Positions 39,435 through 48,029 of a stretch of DNA of 64,000 bases are shown here, one piece after another. Origin of the DNA: Candidatus Lustribacter sp. (lineage in GTDB: Bacteria > Vulcanimicrobiota > Vulcanimicrobiia > Vulcanimicrobiales > Vulcanimicrobiaceae); NCBI GenBank assembly GCA_965277805.1, contig OZ255842.1, forward strand, positions 1,888,001-1,952,000, read 5' to 3'. Made by a program: the position numbers and the translations under genes. Below the pieces are notes generated by a model. That model was not told where the DNA came from. It saw only the letters and a list, made by a program, of their open reading frames with translations, and searched no databases. The first letter of the stretch is position 1, and each line of letters starts with the position of its first letter.

Positions 39435-39842
39435 CTACGGTAGCGTAGCACTTTGCCAGATGGTGCCGTCGGCGAATGAGACCTGAACGACCCGAACTTC
39501 GGGAGTTCCGTTAACGTCAAACGGGTTCACTGGGAAGCCGTGGCGGATCAGCACGCCTTTCGCGAACCTCCCGACGTCGTTGAATCGATCGACGAAGCCA
39601 TTCGCGTCCACGGCAAAGACGACGTCCGTTGCATCGACGTTCGACTGGTTTTCGAACGTTATTTCAACCGATGCCGGTAGAATGTTCATGTCGTGGATGG
39701 CGTCCTGATAGAAGCCTCCGATAAACTGCGCATTTACGACTTGAATCGAGCCGGCTTCTGCAGCGCTAGCTGAGGGCAGCCCCACCGTAGAGGCGGCGAG
39801 GATCGCCGCCCCGAGGAAAGCCGCCGAAAGTTTGCTGTTCAT
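39435..39842 (-). CDS. Secreted hypothetical protein (beta-rich)
   Basis: Sec signal ending ASA; I.F.N......DV.F, DVG.F..GV.I.H, V.V.FADG..W; leaderless (TACAAT-N6-ATG). Confidence 0.7.
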   Translation of the reverse strand: MNSKLSAAFLGAAILAASTVGLPSASAAEAGSIQVVNAQFIGGFYQDAIHDMNILPASVEITFENQSNVDATDVVFAVDANGFVDRFNDVGRFAKGVLIRHGFPVNPFDVNGTPEVRVVQVSFADGTIWQSATLP

Positions 39843-39948
39843 GGATCGATTGTACCCAACCTACACCCTCGGTACGGACGGCCAGCATGGGGCCAAGGAA
39901 ATCCGTTCCCGTCGCGAACCGCCGGTTATGGAACGTGCTTTCAACTGG

Positions 39949-41124
39949 ATGACGATTCGGTCGCTACTAGTCGCGATTGCGCTCATGGCCGGCTTCATTC
40001 CGGCAGTCGGGGCAACAAAGCCCGATCCCTACATCATATATGTGATCGATCCGCTCAGCGGGCCGAACGCCTACTTCGGGCAGCAACTCCAACGAGTGCT
40101 CCAGCTCTATGAGAACGTCGCGAACAACAGCGGCGGCATCAAGGGGCAGCCGATTCACTTCCAGTTCCTCGACGATGAATCGAAGGCGCAAGTCGCGGTC
40201 GAACTGTTCGGCCAGCTGGCGGCCAAGCACGTGCCGGCGATTCTCGGGCCCGACTCGCAGTCCGAGTGCCGTGCAGTGCTGCCGCTCACCTCCCACGGAC
40301 CCGTCGTCTACTGCTTCACGCCCGGTATCTTCCCACCGCCCGGGTATTTGTTCTCCGCTGCGGCTGGCATCGATCACACGGAACACGTGCTGCTCAAGTA
40401 CGCGCACGATAGCGGCGCGAAGCGGCTCGCGCTGCTTGTCGAAACCGATGCCACCGGCCAGAGCTCGGACAAACTTCTGCCGCAGACGTTGGCGAAGCCC
40501 GACCTCGCCGGCATGGACGTCGTCGTCACGCAGCACTTTGAGCCGTCAGCGCTCAGCGTCTCGGCGCAAGTCGCCAGCATCAAAGCAGCGAATCCGCAGT
40601 ATCTCTACGTGTCGGCCACCGGCACACCGTTCCAAACGGTGCTGCGCGGGCTAATCGACGGCGGACTGAACATCCCGGTCGTCACGTCGAGCGCAAACAT
40701 GGATCTCAAGGTGCTCACGCCTTTCGGCACGTCGCTGCCGCCGCTGGCATTCAACGCGCCACCGTCGTGGAACGTCGCTGCGATGCATGACAAGCCGCTC
40801 AAAGCGGTTGTCGATGCCTATCAAGGCGCCTACAAGTCCGGCGGCGGCATCCCATCGCCGAACGATGAGATGGCCTGGGATCCAGCGAGCATTATCGTGG
40901 CCTCGCTGCGCAAGCTCGGCACCAGTGCGACGGCAGATCAAATCCACGACTTCATCGAGAACCTGCACGACTTTCCGGGCCTTGGCGGCTACTACGATTT
41001 CCGCACCGGCAACCAGCACGGCTTGGGCGAGGACGCGGTGATCGTCGTGTCTTACGACTCCGCGCACCAGCGCTTCATTCCGGTTAGCAAACCGGGTGGT
41101 GAGCCGCTAGCCTCGCACCCTTGA
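39949..41124 (+). CDS. LivJ/Peripla_BP_6-type substrate-binding protein
   Basis: Signal peptide; PLSGP.A..G, N..GGI.G.PI, G..G.Y.F....HGL. Confidence 0.85.
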   Translation: MTIRSLLVAIALMAGFIPAVGATKPDPYIIYVIDPLSGPNAYFGQQLQRVLQLYENVANNSGGIKGQPIHFQFLDDESKAQVAVELFGQLAAKHVPAILGPDSQSECRAVLPLTSHGPVVYCFTPGIFPPPGYLFSAAAGIDHTEHVLLKYAHDSGAKRLALLVETDATGQSSDKLLPQTLAKPDLAGMDVVVTQHFEPSALSVSAQVASIKAANPQYLYVSATGTPFQTVLRGLIDGGLNIPVVTSSANMDLKVLTPFGTSLPPLAFNAPPSWNVAAMHDKPLKAVVDAYQGAYKSGGGIPSPNDEMAWDPASIIVASLRKLGTSATADQIHDFIENLHDFPGLGGYYDFRTGNQHGLGEDAVIVVSYDSAHQRFIPVSKPGGEPLASHP

Positions 41125-41161
41125 GCTTGACTTCCAATGTGGACTTTTGAGTTCGTTTGAA

Positions 41162-41473
41162 ATGATTGAGGCTGAACCTTCGATTGGGTCTTCGCGACCC
41201 GAAGACGCCGTCATCCGCTTTACGGCATGCTTCGACGCGCACGATATCGAGGGAATGGTCCAGTTGTTCGCGGACACCGGCGTTTGGGTGCGGCCGGATG
41301 GAGACGTCGCCGGGATAGCAGAGCTGCGCACTTTCATGGACCACCGCTCGGCCGGCGTTTTTACGCGGCCGTCATCTCTAACATACGATCGACGGTCGCA
41401 AACGATCGCGCAGTCGTCGAGTCGAACGTACGTGAGTCAATTATGGAGTTCAAGCGTCAATGAATGCTGGTAG
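41162..41473 (+). pseudogene. SnoaL/NTF2-like protein pseudogene
   Basis: F...FD..D......LF...GVW....G frame switches at about 41369 (TR-cc-VISNI, expected TRHVISN), then an apparent internal deletion and a second shift (EFKR / VNECW). Confidence 0.65.
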
Positions 41474-41510
41474 CGGACTCCTTACCGGCCTCGGTGTATG
41501 ATTCAGCCAG

Positions 41511-41978
41511 ATGGCCGCCCGGAACACGTCAAACTCTGAGACCGCGTCGCAATCCTTCGACGAATTCCGCTCCGCGTTTCGGCTTACGATTCCCCACGAA
41601 GTCGAATTCCGGGAGATCGATGTGCTCGGTCATGTCAACAACGTACGGTACTGCGAGTGGGCGGAGCACGCGCGATGCAAGTACTTCACCGAGGTCATAG
41701 GCGAGGATATCGCCGGACGAGCCGGTGTGATTCTCGCGAAGCACGACTTGCAGTATCTCAACATGGTGCGTTATCGCGAAAAGGTGGTCATGGGAGGCCG
41801 AATTACGCGATGGGGTGGCAAATCGTTTGACTTTTTCACTGAGGTCTGGTCGGAAAACATGGCCCGCTGTGTCTTTCATTCAACCGCCGTGCTCGTGGCT
41901 TATGACTATTCGGCGACCACCACAATCACGATCCCCGAGGACTGGCGACGACGCGTAACTGATTTCGAGACACGCTAA
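41511..41978 (+). CDS. Acyl-CoA thioesterase (4HBT/YbgC hot-dog fold)
   Basis: EID.LGHVNN..Y..W.E.AR motif. Confidence 0.88.
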   Translation: MAARNTSNSETASQSFDEFRSAFRLTIPHEVEFREIDVLGHVNNVRYCEWAEHARCKYFTEVIGEDIAGRAGVILAKHDLQYLNMVRYREKVVMGGRITRWGGKSFDFFTEVWSENMARCVFHSTAVLVAYDYSATTTITIPEDWRRRVTDFETR

Positions 41979-41999
41979 CCGAAAGGGACGGTACTTGTC

Positions 42000-42977
42000 G
42001 TGGATGGCAAAATTGGCCTTGAGGAACATTTTGCGCTCGAAGAGACCATTTCGGACTCGCTGCACATGTTGCCGGAGGAAGCGTGGTCCGAAGTTCGCCG
42101 GCGGTTGCTGGACATCCAGGAGAAGCGGCTAGAGCTTATGGACGTCCATGGGATGGAGATGATGCTCCTCTCGCTCAACGCGCCAACAGTTCAGGCGAAG
42201 TCCGATCCGAAGGAAGCCTACGAGCTCTCGCGGCGCGCTAACGACTTTCTCGCGGAACAAGTGGCAAAGCGGCCTACGCGCTTTCAGGGACTCGCAGCGC
42301 TTCCGATGCAAGATCCGGATCTCGCCGCGCGCGAGCTCGAGCGGTGCGTCAACGAGCTCGGGTTCAAAGGTGCTCTCGTGAACGGCTTCTCGGAAATTTC
42401 GGGCGTCGAGGGTCCCGTGTACTACGATCTTCCGCAGTATTGGCCGTTCTGGGCGGCGGTTGAGTCATTGGATGTTCCGTTTTACCTGCATCCGCGCAAC
42501 CCGCTTCCGGACGACGCGCGCATTTACAAAGGCCATCCGTGGCTGCTCGGCCCGACCTGGGCGTTCGCGCAGGAGACGGCCGTTCACGCGCTGCGGCTCA
42601 TGGCTTCAGGTTTGTTCGACAAACACCCGAGACTTCAGATTATCTTGGGTCATATGGGCGAGGGATTGCCATACAACATGTGGCGCGTCGATAACCGCAA
42701 TGCTTGGATGAATTTGAAACCTCGTTACCCAGCTCAGAAGCGCCTTGCCGAGTACTTTCAGGCAAATTTTCACCTCACGACGTCGGGCAATTTCCGAACG
42801 CAGACACTGATCGACGCGATCCTCGAGATTGGCGCTGACCGAATCCTTTTTTCGACCGACTGGCCGTTCGAGAATATTGACCATGCAGCAGACTGGTTTG
42901 ATGCGGCGACTATGAGCGACTCGGATCGCCTCAAGATCGGCCGGCTAAACGCGCAGAAGCTGTTCAAACTCCTGTAG
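42000..42977 (+). CDS. Amidohydrolase-fold decarboxylase, gamma-resorcylate/2,3-dihydroxybenzoate decarboxylase-like
   Basis: KIGLEEHF, LSLNAP.VQ, FYLHPRNP, GPTWAF..ET..HALRL, GHMGEGLP, FSTDWPFE. Confidence 0.88.
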   Translation: MDGKIGLEEHFALEETISDSLHMLPEEAWSEVRRRLLDIQEKRLELMDVHGMEMMLLSLNAPTVQAKSDPKEAYELSRRANDFLAEQVAKRPTRFQGLAALPMQDPDLAARELERCVNELGFKGALVNGFSEISGVEGPVYYDLPQYWPFWAAVESLDVPFYLHPRNPLPDDARIYKGHPWLLGPTWAFAQETAVHALRLMASGLFDKHPRLQIILGHMGEGLPYNMWRVDNRNAWMNLKPRYPAQKRLAEYFQANFHLTTSGNFRTQTLIDAILEIGADRILFSTDWPFENIDHAADWFDAATMSDSDRLKIGRLNAQKLFKLL

Positions 42978-43001
42978 GCAAGTCGATCCTTGGAGTTCCA
43001 G

Positions 43002-43937
43002 TCAGCCGGCCCCACCGAAGAATTCCGGCGCGAACAACTCCTCGAGCGCCACGCGACGCGAGGTCAGTCCGTCGGCGACGAGGGCGCCGGTAATCGTTTC
43101 GAGCACATGCCGATTGGCCTCGACCCCGTACGGCGCGGGTAAGCCATTCATCTCGTCGCTCGGTCCCTTGGCAGCAACGAACGCGTCGTAAATACTCTCG
43201 ACCACCCACGGATGTTCTTCGTAGATCGACCGGCGCACGACCATCCCGTGGTTGATCGGGTAGATCTTCGTCTTCTCGTAGTAGCGCTGTCCCTCGGTCT
43301 TCGGATCGAACAAGAAGCGCACGTCCGGACTTTCACGCACGTCGACGGAACTGCGGTCGACGAGATTGCGTTCGAAAAGCCAATGCAAGAGCGCATCGAG
43401 CTTGCCGTCAAGTAACATCTGTCCGTTATTCGAATCCTTGGGCGTATATGTCAGGTCGATGCCGGGCGGCGGGACAAAGCCCATGGCGCCACCGTGGCTC
43501 TGATCGGGATTACGCTCCATGAACCACTTGAGCGACGTCATGTCGACGCCGAACTCGCTACGCAGTGCTTCACGGGTCCAAATGACCGCAGTTTGCTGAA
43601 ACTCCGGCACGCCGACGGTCTTGCCGTTGAGATCGAGCGGCGAATCGATGCCGCGGTCGTTGCGCACGAGCACACCGGTGTGAAAAAACTGGCGCGTCGC
43701 GAAGATCGGCAACATGACCCAGTCGCGCAGGCCTTTATCGGTCGCGATCGACATCGATGCCATCGACATCTCGGAGACGTCGAATTCCTTGTACTTGAGT
43801 TGCCGGAAAAAGATCTCCGAGCCGTGCAGCGCGCTGCAAGCTAAATTGATATCCGCCGGCTTCACGGTGCCTTCGAGGATCGCGCGGCTGCGTGGATGAC
43901 TCCCGATGGCGCAGGTGAGATTTAAGGGTGTACGCAT
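43002..43937 (-). CDS. 4,5-dihydroxyphthalate decarboxylase-like protein (SBP fold, no signal peptide)
   Basis: IF.RQL...EFDVSEMS, P.F..R.F.H, GVPEFQQTA.IW.R, IYPINH..V.R. Confidence 0.72.
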   Translation of the reverse strand: MRTPLNLTCAIGSHPRSRAILEGTVKPADINLACSALHGSEIFFRQLKYKEFDVSEMSMASMSIATDKGLRDWVMLPIFATRQFFHTGVLVRNDRGIDSPLDLNGKTVGVPEFQQTAVIWTREALRSEFGVDMTSLKWFMERNPDQSHGGAMGFVPPPGIDLTYTPKDSNNGQMLLDGKLDALLHWLFERNLVDRSSVDVRESPDVRFLFDPKTEGQRYYEKTKIYPINHGMVVRRSIYEEHPWVVESIYDAFVAAKGPSDEMNGLPAPYGVEANRHVLETITGALVADGLTSRRVALEELFAPEFFGGAG

Positions 43938-44027
43938 GCCAAGACCTTCGCCGTTAGTGTCCATAAAATGCTTCTTTCGTGCATCGATGCGATCTCAGCC
44001 CTCTTGCACGAAGGAAGTCGAGAGCAT

Positions 44028-44047
44028 ATATTTTGAATTCAAAGGTA
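44028..44047. promoter_or_regulatory. Operator-like palindrome copy 1 (ATATTTTGAATTCAAAGGTA)
   Basis: Perfect core TTTGAATTCAAA in a divergent intergenic region; recurs at 57128 and 60606. Confidence 0.6.
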
Positions 44048-44081
44048 GTTCAACCCAAGGCCACGATCGAAAGGCACCCGC

Positions 44082-44453
44082 ATGGCTCGTATTCGTCATA
44101 TAGCGCTGTTCACAAGGGACACGAGCGCGCTCGCCACGTTTTACACGACGACTTTCGGCATGCATGAGGTCATGCGGCGCGATAAACCCAACGGCGCGGT
44201 TTACCTCTCCGACGGTTACATCAATCTTGCGATCCTGCCCAATACCGACGCTGAGGCCGAGGGCGCGCCCGAAGGCATTCACCACTTCGGTTTCGAGGTT
44301 GACGATGTCGACGCTTTCGCGCGAAATGCCATCGGCGCCGGCGCGACCCAAGGCCGCAGCAACGTACCCGTCGATGGCCGGTATGCGGAGGCCTATATCA
44401 AAGACCCCACCGGGCAACGGGTCGATCTCTCGGCCGGCGGCTGGAAAGTCTAA
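44082..44453 (+). CDS. VOC/glyoxalase family protein
   Basis: IRHIAL, YLSDG.INLAI, HHFGF.V, DP.G..VDLS. Confidence 0.85.
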   Translation: MARIRHIALFTRDTSALATFYTTTFGMHEVMRRDKPNGAVYLSDGYINLAILPNTDAEAEGAPEGIHHFGFEVDDVDAFARNAIGAGATQGRSNVPVDGRYAEAYIKDPTGQRVDLSAGGWKV

Positions 44454-44455
44454 AC

Positions 44456-45628
44456 GTGCGGCGCTTGATCGTTGCAGCGGGGCTCGCGGCGCTCGTTGCC
44501 GGCACCCCAGCTGGGCCGACGGCCGCGGCCGATCCCTTCGTCATCGACGCTATCTCGTCGCTGACGGGGCCGAGCACGTTCGTCGGTAAAGGCACGGCCG
44601 AGGGACTCGAAGCGGTCGAGGCGATCGTGAACAAGGCCGGCGGCATCGGCGGCCGGCCGATAAAGTTCCTCATCCACAACGATGAGAGCAGCCCGCAGCT
44701 CACGGTCCAAATTGCAAACCAAATCTTCGATCACCATCCCACGGTCGTGGTCGGCAGTACGTACGGTGCGGGCTGCCGTGCGGTCTTCCCGCTCACGGCA
44801 AGCGGGCCAGTAACGTTCTGCATGACGCCCGCGGTCGTTCCGGCTCCGGGGAGTTACGACTTCGCGGCGGGGGTTTCGAATATCGATCTCACGCAAGCCG
44901 CGATTCGCTACTTTCGCGAGCGCGGCTGGACGAAGATTGCCACAATAACCGGTACCGATGCAACCGGACAAGACAACGACGCTGCGATCGATACGATTCT
45001 AGCGATGCCCGAAAATCACAGCGTGCAGCTGGCCGACCGCGAGCACTTCGCCATCACCGATCTCACGGTCAACGCACAGCTGGCGCATATCAAGAGCTCC
45101 GGCGCGCAAGTTCTCATGATCGGCACGGCGGGGACGCCAACCGGAACCATCTTGCGGGGGATCTCCGAAGTGGGGCTTGCAGTGCCGGTCGGCATCAACT
45201 ACGGCAACGCAACCCGTCCGCAGATGACCCAACTTGCCGACTACCTGCCGAAAGAACTCTACTTCTACGGCACGGCGTTTCTCGCGCCGGCCAGCGTCAC
45301 CGATGCGAAGACCAAAGCCGCCGTGGACCTCTACTACGCGACGCTGCGCGCGCTCGGACATGTGCCGGACGCGAGCCAACTATCGGGCTATGAGACGGGG
45401 ATGATCGTCGCGCACGTGCTACAGGTCGCCGGCCCCAGCGCCACGGCAGCTCAATTGCGCACGGCCTTGGCAAACCTGCGCGGTTGGGTCGGCGCGAACG
45501 GACCGTATGACTTCGTCACGTATCCCCAGCGCGGGCTCGGCCCGAACGCCGCCGTGATCAGTCGCTGGGACGCGAATCGTTCGGATTGGACGGCCGTGAG
45601 CCGGCCCGGCGGGGCACTCCTCCGCTAA
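44456..45628 (+). CDS. LivJ-type substrate-binding protein
   Basis: Signal peptide; N.AGGI.GRPI, G..G.YDF...QRGL. Confidence 0.85.
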   Translation: MRRLIVAAGLAALVAGTPAGPTAAADPFVIDAISSLTGPSTFVGKGTAEGLEAVEAIVNKAGGIGGRPIKFLIHNDESSPQLTVQIANQIFDHHPTVVVGSTYGAGCRAVFPLTASGPVTFCMTPAVVPAPGSYDFAAGVSNIDLTQAAIRYFRERGWTKIATITGTDATGQDNDAAIDTILAMPENHSVQLADREHFAITDLTVNAQLAHIKSSGAQVLMIGTAGTPTGTILRGISEVGLAVPVGINYGNATRPQMTQLADYLPKELYFYGTAFLAPASVTDAKTKAAVDLYYATLRALGHVPDASQLSGYETGMIVAHVLQVAGPSATAAQLRTALANLRGWVGANGPYDFVTYPQRGLGPNAAVISRWDANRSDWTAVSRPGGALLR

Positions 45629-45635
45629 GGCGCAG

Positions 45636-46703
45636 CTATGCGAGAACCGGCTGCGACGTGAAGTGCGGTGCGACTTCGCGCGAAAACAACTCGATCGAAC
45701 GGACAGCCTCGGCATGCGGCAGCGTGTGGAAGTTGGCTTGAAGTGATGCGATCTCGAATCCACCCGATTCGGCTTGGAATCGCTCGATCTGCTTGCAGAC
45801 CTGTTCCGGAGAGCCAATCCATGCGCCGCAGCCTTCGATGAGCTTTTCCATGGTCAACGCGTTCATTTGCTCGCGGTGCTTATCGTAGTTCTTGTAATCG
45901 ACGGACGAATTCTCGGTAATCTCTTTTGTCGCCTCGATCAAAGAGGTGAAGTATGATTCTACATGCGGCTTCGCAATACGGCGGGCCCGTTCAGGATCGC
46001 GGTCGACGAACATGTGGAAGGCCAGAAAAACCCGTCCTTTGCCCGGATGACCGGCGTCACGGTAGGCCTTGCGGTAGATTTCGAGCATTTCGCGCAAGCG
46101 GCTGGCAGCCATCGGGACGGCCATGATGTAGTGCCCGTTTCGGCCCGCATATTCGTATGACTCGGCTGTGATATTAGCAGCCACATAGAATGGGGGCCGC
46201 GGCCGCGACGTCGGACGGGGCAGTGAGGTCGTCGCCTTAAACGAATGAAACTGCCCGTCGGCGGCGACGTTCTCTTCGCGGAGCAGCCGATCGACCTGCT
46301 CGATGCCTTCGCGAAATCTTGCGATCGACTCGTCGCGCGAAATACCAAACCGTTCGAACTCATGCGGCAGAAAGGCTCGCCCAAACCCAACCTCGAGCCG
46401 TCCGTTCGAAATTGCATCCAGCATTCCCAATTCACCCGCAATCTTTAGCGGATGGTTGAATGCCGGGATGACCGCACCGGTAATGACCTTGATCCGCTGC
46501 GTGCGCGCGGCTGCTGCCGTGAGCATCACGATCGAACTCGGACTATAGCCTCCATACGGCGTAAAGTAATGCTCGATCGCACGGACGTGCGCGTAGCCGT
46601 GCGCCTCCGCCGCCTCAACCAACTCCAGCGAATCGCGAAAGTAGTCAGCGGGGGATTTCTCCGCGGGGCTGACATCCGGAAAGAGCGTTAAGCCGAATTC
46701 CAC
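45636..46703 (-). CDS. LLM-class (luciferase-like) flavin-dependent oxidoreductase
   Basis: EHYF..YG, A.T.RI, HPL..A....LD.ISNGRL.VG.GR, GSPE.V; start GTG 46703. Confidence 0.88.
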   Translation of the reverse strand: MEFGLTLFPDVSPAEKSPADYFRDSLELVEAAEAHGYAHVRAIEHYFTPYGGYSPSSIVMLTAAAARTQRIKVITGAVIPAFNHPLKIAGELGMLDAISNGRLEVGFGRAFLPHEFERFGISRDESIARFREGIEQVDRLLREENVAADGQFHSFKATTSLPRPTSRPRPPFYVAANITAESYEYAGRNGHYIMAVPMAASRLREMLEIYRKAYRDAGHPGKGRVFLAFHMFVDRDPERARRIAKPHVESYFTSLIEATKEITENSSVDYKNYDKHREQMNALTMEKLIEGCGAWIGSPEQVCKQIERFQAESGGFEIASLQANFHTLPHAEAVRSIELFSREVAPHFTSQPVLA

Positions 46704-46716
46704 CGCGTTGGGTCGT

Positions 46717-48018
46717 CTACGCGTTCGCGTGCGTGGGTTCGCCGGCGAATGCGCCGACGGTCTGCCACGGGGTCCCAATCGGGATGATCTTCTCTTCAGC
46801 GTAGAGGCGATTGTAAGGGATGTCCTCGGTAAGACCGAGTGGCGGCTCATCTGCCTCGTTGAAGCGCCTCACCGCGTCGAGCATCAGGCGGCGCATCCGG
46901 ATGACCGGGATATCGCTCGTGCCGAGATGCTCTTTGCTGCGGTCGTAGATCGGGCCCATGCTTTCTTGGACGGCGAGGTCCTCGATGTTGACGCCGCGGA
47001 GCCCGGTAAAGCTCTCCCCGCGCATCATGGCCTGGCGATCCTGCAGCCATGTGTTTTCGGACGTGGCCATCAGGTTATAGTCCGCGTCGAGGTCGATTCC
47101 GGGTCGTAGTCCCGATCCGGCACTGCTTTTCGCCCGCACGGTATCATCGAGCGGCATGTCGTTCTTGACTTGAATGAAGTAAAACATCGTGTGCGTATCG
47201 TCGATCGGCACAAACGCCTGCATCCACGTCCAGCCTTTCGGCGGAGGGAAGATCGCGTAGATCGGCGCGATAAACAGCGTCACACGAATGTATTTGGTGG
47301 TATCGGGGTCGGCGATCGGTGTGCGAATTGCCGCATAGCGATACCCGTACGCCGTGTCCTGCGTTTCCATTCGCGGTTTCAGATCGGCCGAAGGGCGCTT
47401 GGCGTGGAAATCGTCGCTCATTACCGTCGCACCGCCGACCGCGGCCGGCGAGACGAGGTTCTGGTGCAAGATGTTCGTGTGCGACGAATCGATGACACCC
47501 TCGAGACATTGCAGCCAGTTGCACGCCACGCGGGCCTGCATGATATGGCGAAACTCCGGCGCAACCTCGGTGAACGGGAAGTTCATATGCGGCGGTTCGC
47601 TACCGGCCGGGCCGAGATACACCCACACGAGCCCGCCCGCTTCATAAGCGGGGTAGGACATCGCTTTGATGCGGTCTTTGAAGCCGAACTCTTCAGGCTC
47701 AGCGGGCGTCTCCAGGATCGCTCCACGGCAGTTGATCTTCCAGCCATGGTAGAGGCAGCGCAAGCCGCCCGTTTCGTTTCGCGCTAGCGCCAGCGATGCG
47801 CCACGGTGCGGACAGTACTCATCGAGCAGACCAACGGTTCCCGCCGGTTCGCGGAACGCGACCAGGTCTTCTCCCAGCAGCCGCACGCGTTTGGGCGCAC
47901 CGCCGGCGACCAAGTCGGAGCTCTGTAACGCCGGGATCCAATACCGTCGCATCATCTTCCCCATCGGGGTCGCAGCACCAATACGGCACAACAGTTCGTT
48001 CTCGGCGGTCGTCAGCAT
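46717..48018 (-). CDS. Rieske non-heme iron oxygenase, phthalate 4,5-dioxygenase-like oxygenase subunit
   Basis: CPHRGA...CLYHGW Rieske motif, EG.ID.SH..LH, ED.AVQESMG.I.DR.KEHL..SD. Confidence 0.88.
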   Translation of the reverse strand: MLTTAENELLCRIGAATPMGKMMRRYWIPALQSSDLVAGGAPKRVRLLGEDLVAFREPAGTVGLLDEYCPHRGASLALARNETGGLRCLYHGWKINCRGAILETPAEPEEFGFKDRIKAMSYPAYEAGGLVWVYLGPAGSEPPHMNFPFTEVAPEFRHIMQARVACNWLQCLEGVIDSSHTNILHQNLVSPAAVGGATVMSDDFHAKRPSADLKPRMETQDTAYGYRYAAIRTPIADPDTTKYIRVTLFIAPIYAIFPPPKGWTWMQAFVPIDDTHTMFYFIQVKNDMPLDDTVRAKSSAGSGLRPGIDLDADYNLMATSENTWLQDRQAMMRGESFTGLRGVNIEDLAVQESMGPIYDRSKEHLGTSDIPVIRMRRLMLDAVRRFNEADEPPLGLTEDIPYNRLYAEEKIIPIGTPWQTVGAFAGEPTHANA

Positions 48019-48029
48019 CGCATTGCTCC

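Noticed and set aside
2894-39437. Convergent genes sharing or abutting stop codons (CTAG 2894, TAGCTA 26092 and 39432, overlaps at 18259 and 29024)
   Set aside because: A common consequence of compact genomes; no specific function can be supported.
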